From NCBI GenBank assembly GCA_002269645.1, contig NIVC01000372.1, forward strand, positions 48,733-112,732: DNA of 64,000 bases, read 5' to 3'. Position 1 is the first letter of the stretch. Every line of letters begins with the position of its first letter. The notes below the pieces were generated by a model. That model saw only the letters and a program-made list of their open reading frames with translations, was not told where the DNA came from and searched no databases. Positions 63,921 to 64,000 of this stretch are shown piece by piece. The translations under genes were made by a program, and so were the position numbers. The stretch comes from Macrostomum lignano (Eukaryota).

Positions 63921-64000
63921 GATTTTAATTTGAGATATAGCTTATGTTCTGTAAAAGGGCTAATAGAGCTTTTGATGTGTAAGGATAACGCGCAGATAAG

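Overview
Eukaryotic, intron-containing, repeat-rich animal DNA. GC-rich exons in AT-rich spacers, short GT-AG introns and intronless housekeeping genes fit a free-living flatworm such as Macrostomum (inference, not proven). About 17 genes or gene fragments can be read, mostly on the minus strand: MCFD2, a nucleoside hydrolase, an unknown Gln/Pro-rich gene, a pacifastin-like secreted peptide, a secreted PAN + Gly-rich (ALK/LTK-like) protein, two tandem penta-EF-hand paralogs (one hosting a nested antisense gene), a PAN + F-type lectin, a ubiquitin-like protein, a frameshifted RPS23, PRORP/MRPP3, a CYP2-clan pseudogene, a NAT8-like GNAT, a 588-aa unknown ORF and the 3' half of a nicotinic receptor alpha subunit. 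Mobile DNA includes a 5.66-kb Mutator-type element (9-bp TSD, ~600-bp TIRs) with non-transposase cargo and a nested Harbinger MITE, a 2-kb short-TIR element, a hAT MITE inside a CORE-like SINE, two tRNA-derived SINE families, a LINE 3' remnant and many mini/microsatellites. No CRISPR array. The most unusual signal is a ~105-nt Pol III-like unit (A box, hammerhead-ribozyme-like core with GUC cleavage triplet, B box, TTTT) in sense orientation inside the nucleoside hydrolase intron; a second SINE family carries a degenerate hammerhead-like core. Several conserved genes carry 1-2 nt indels that may be long-read consensus errors. All splice models were derived by hand.
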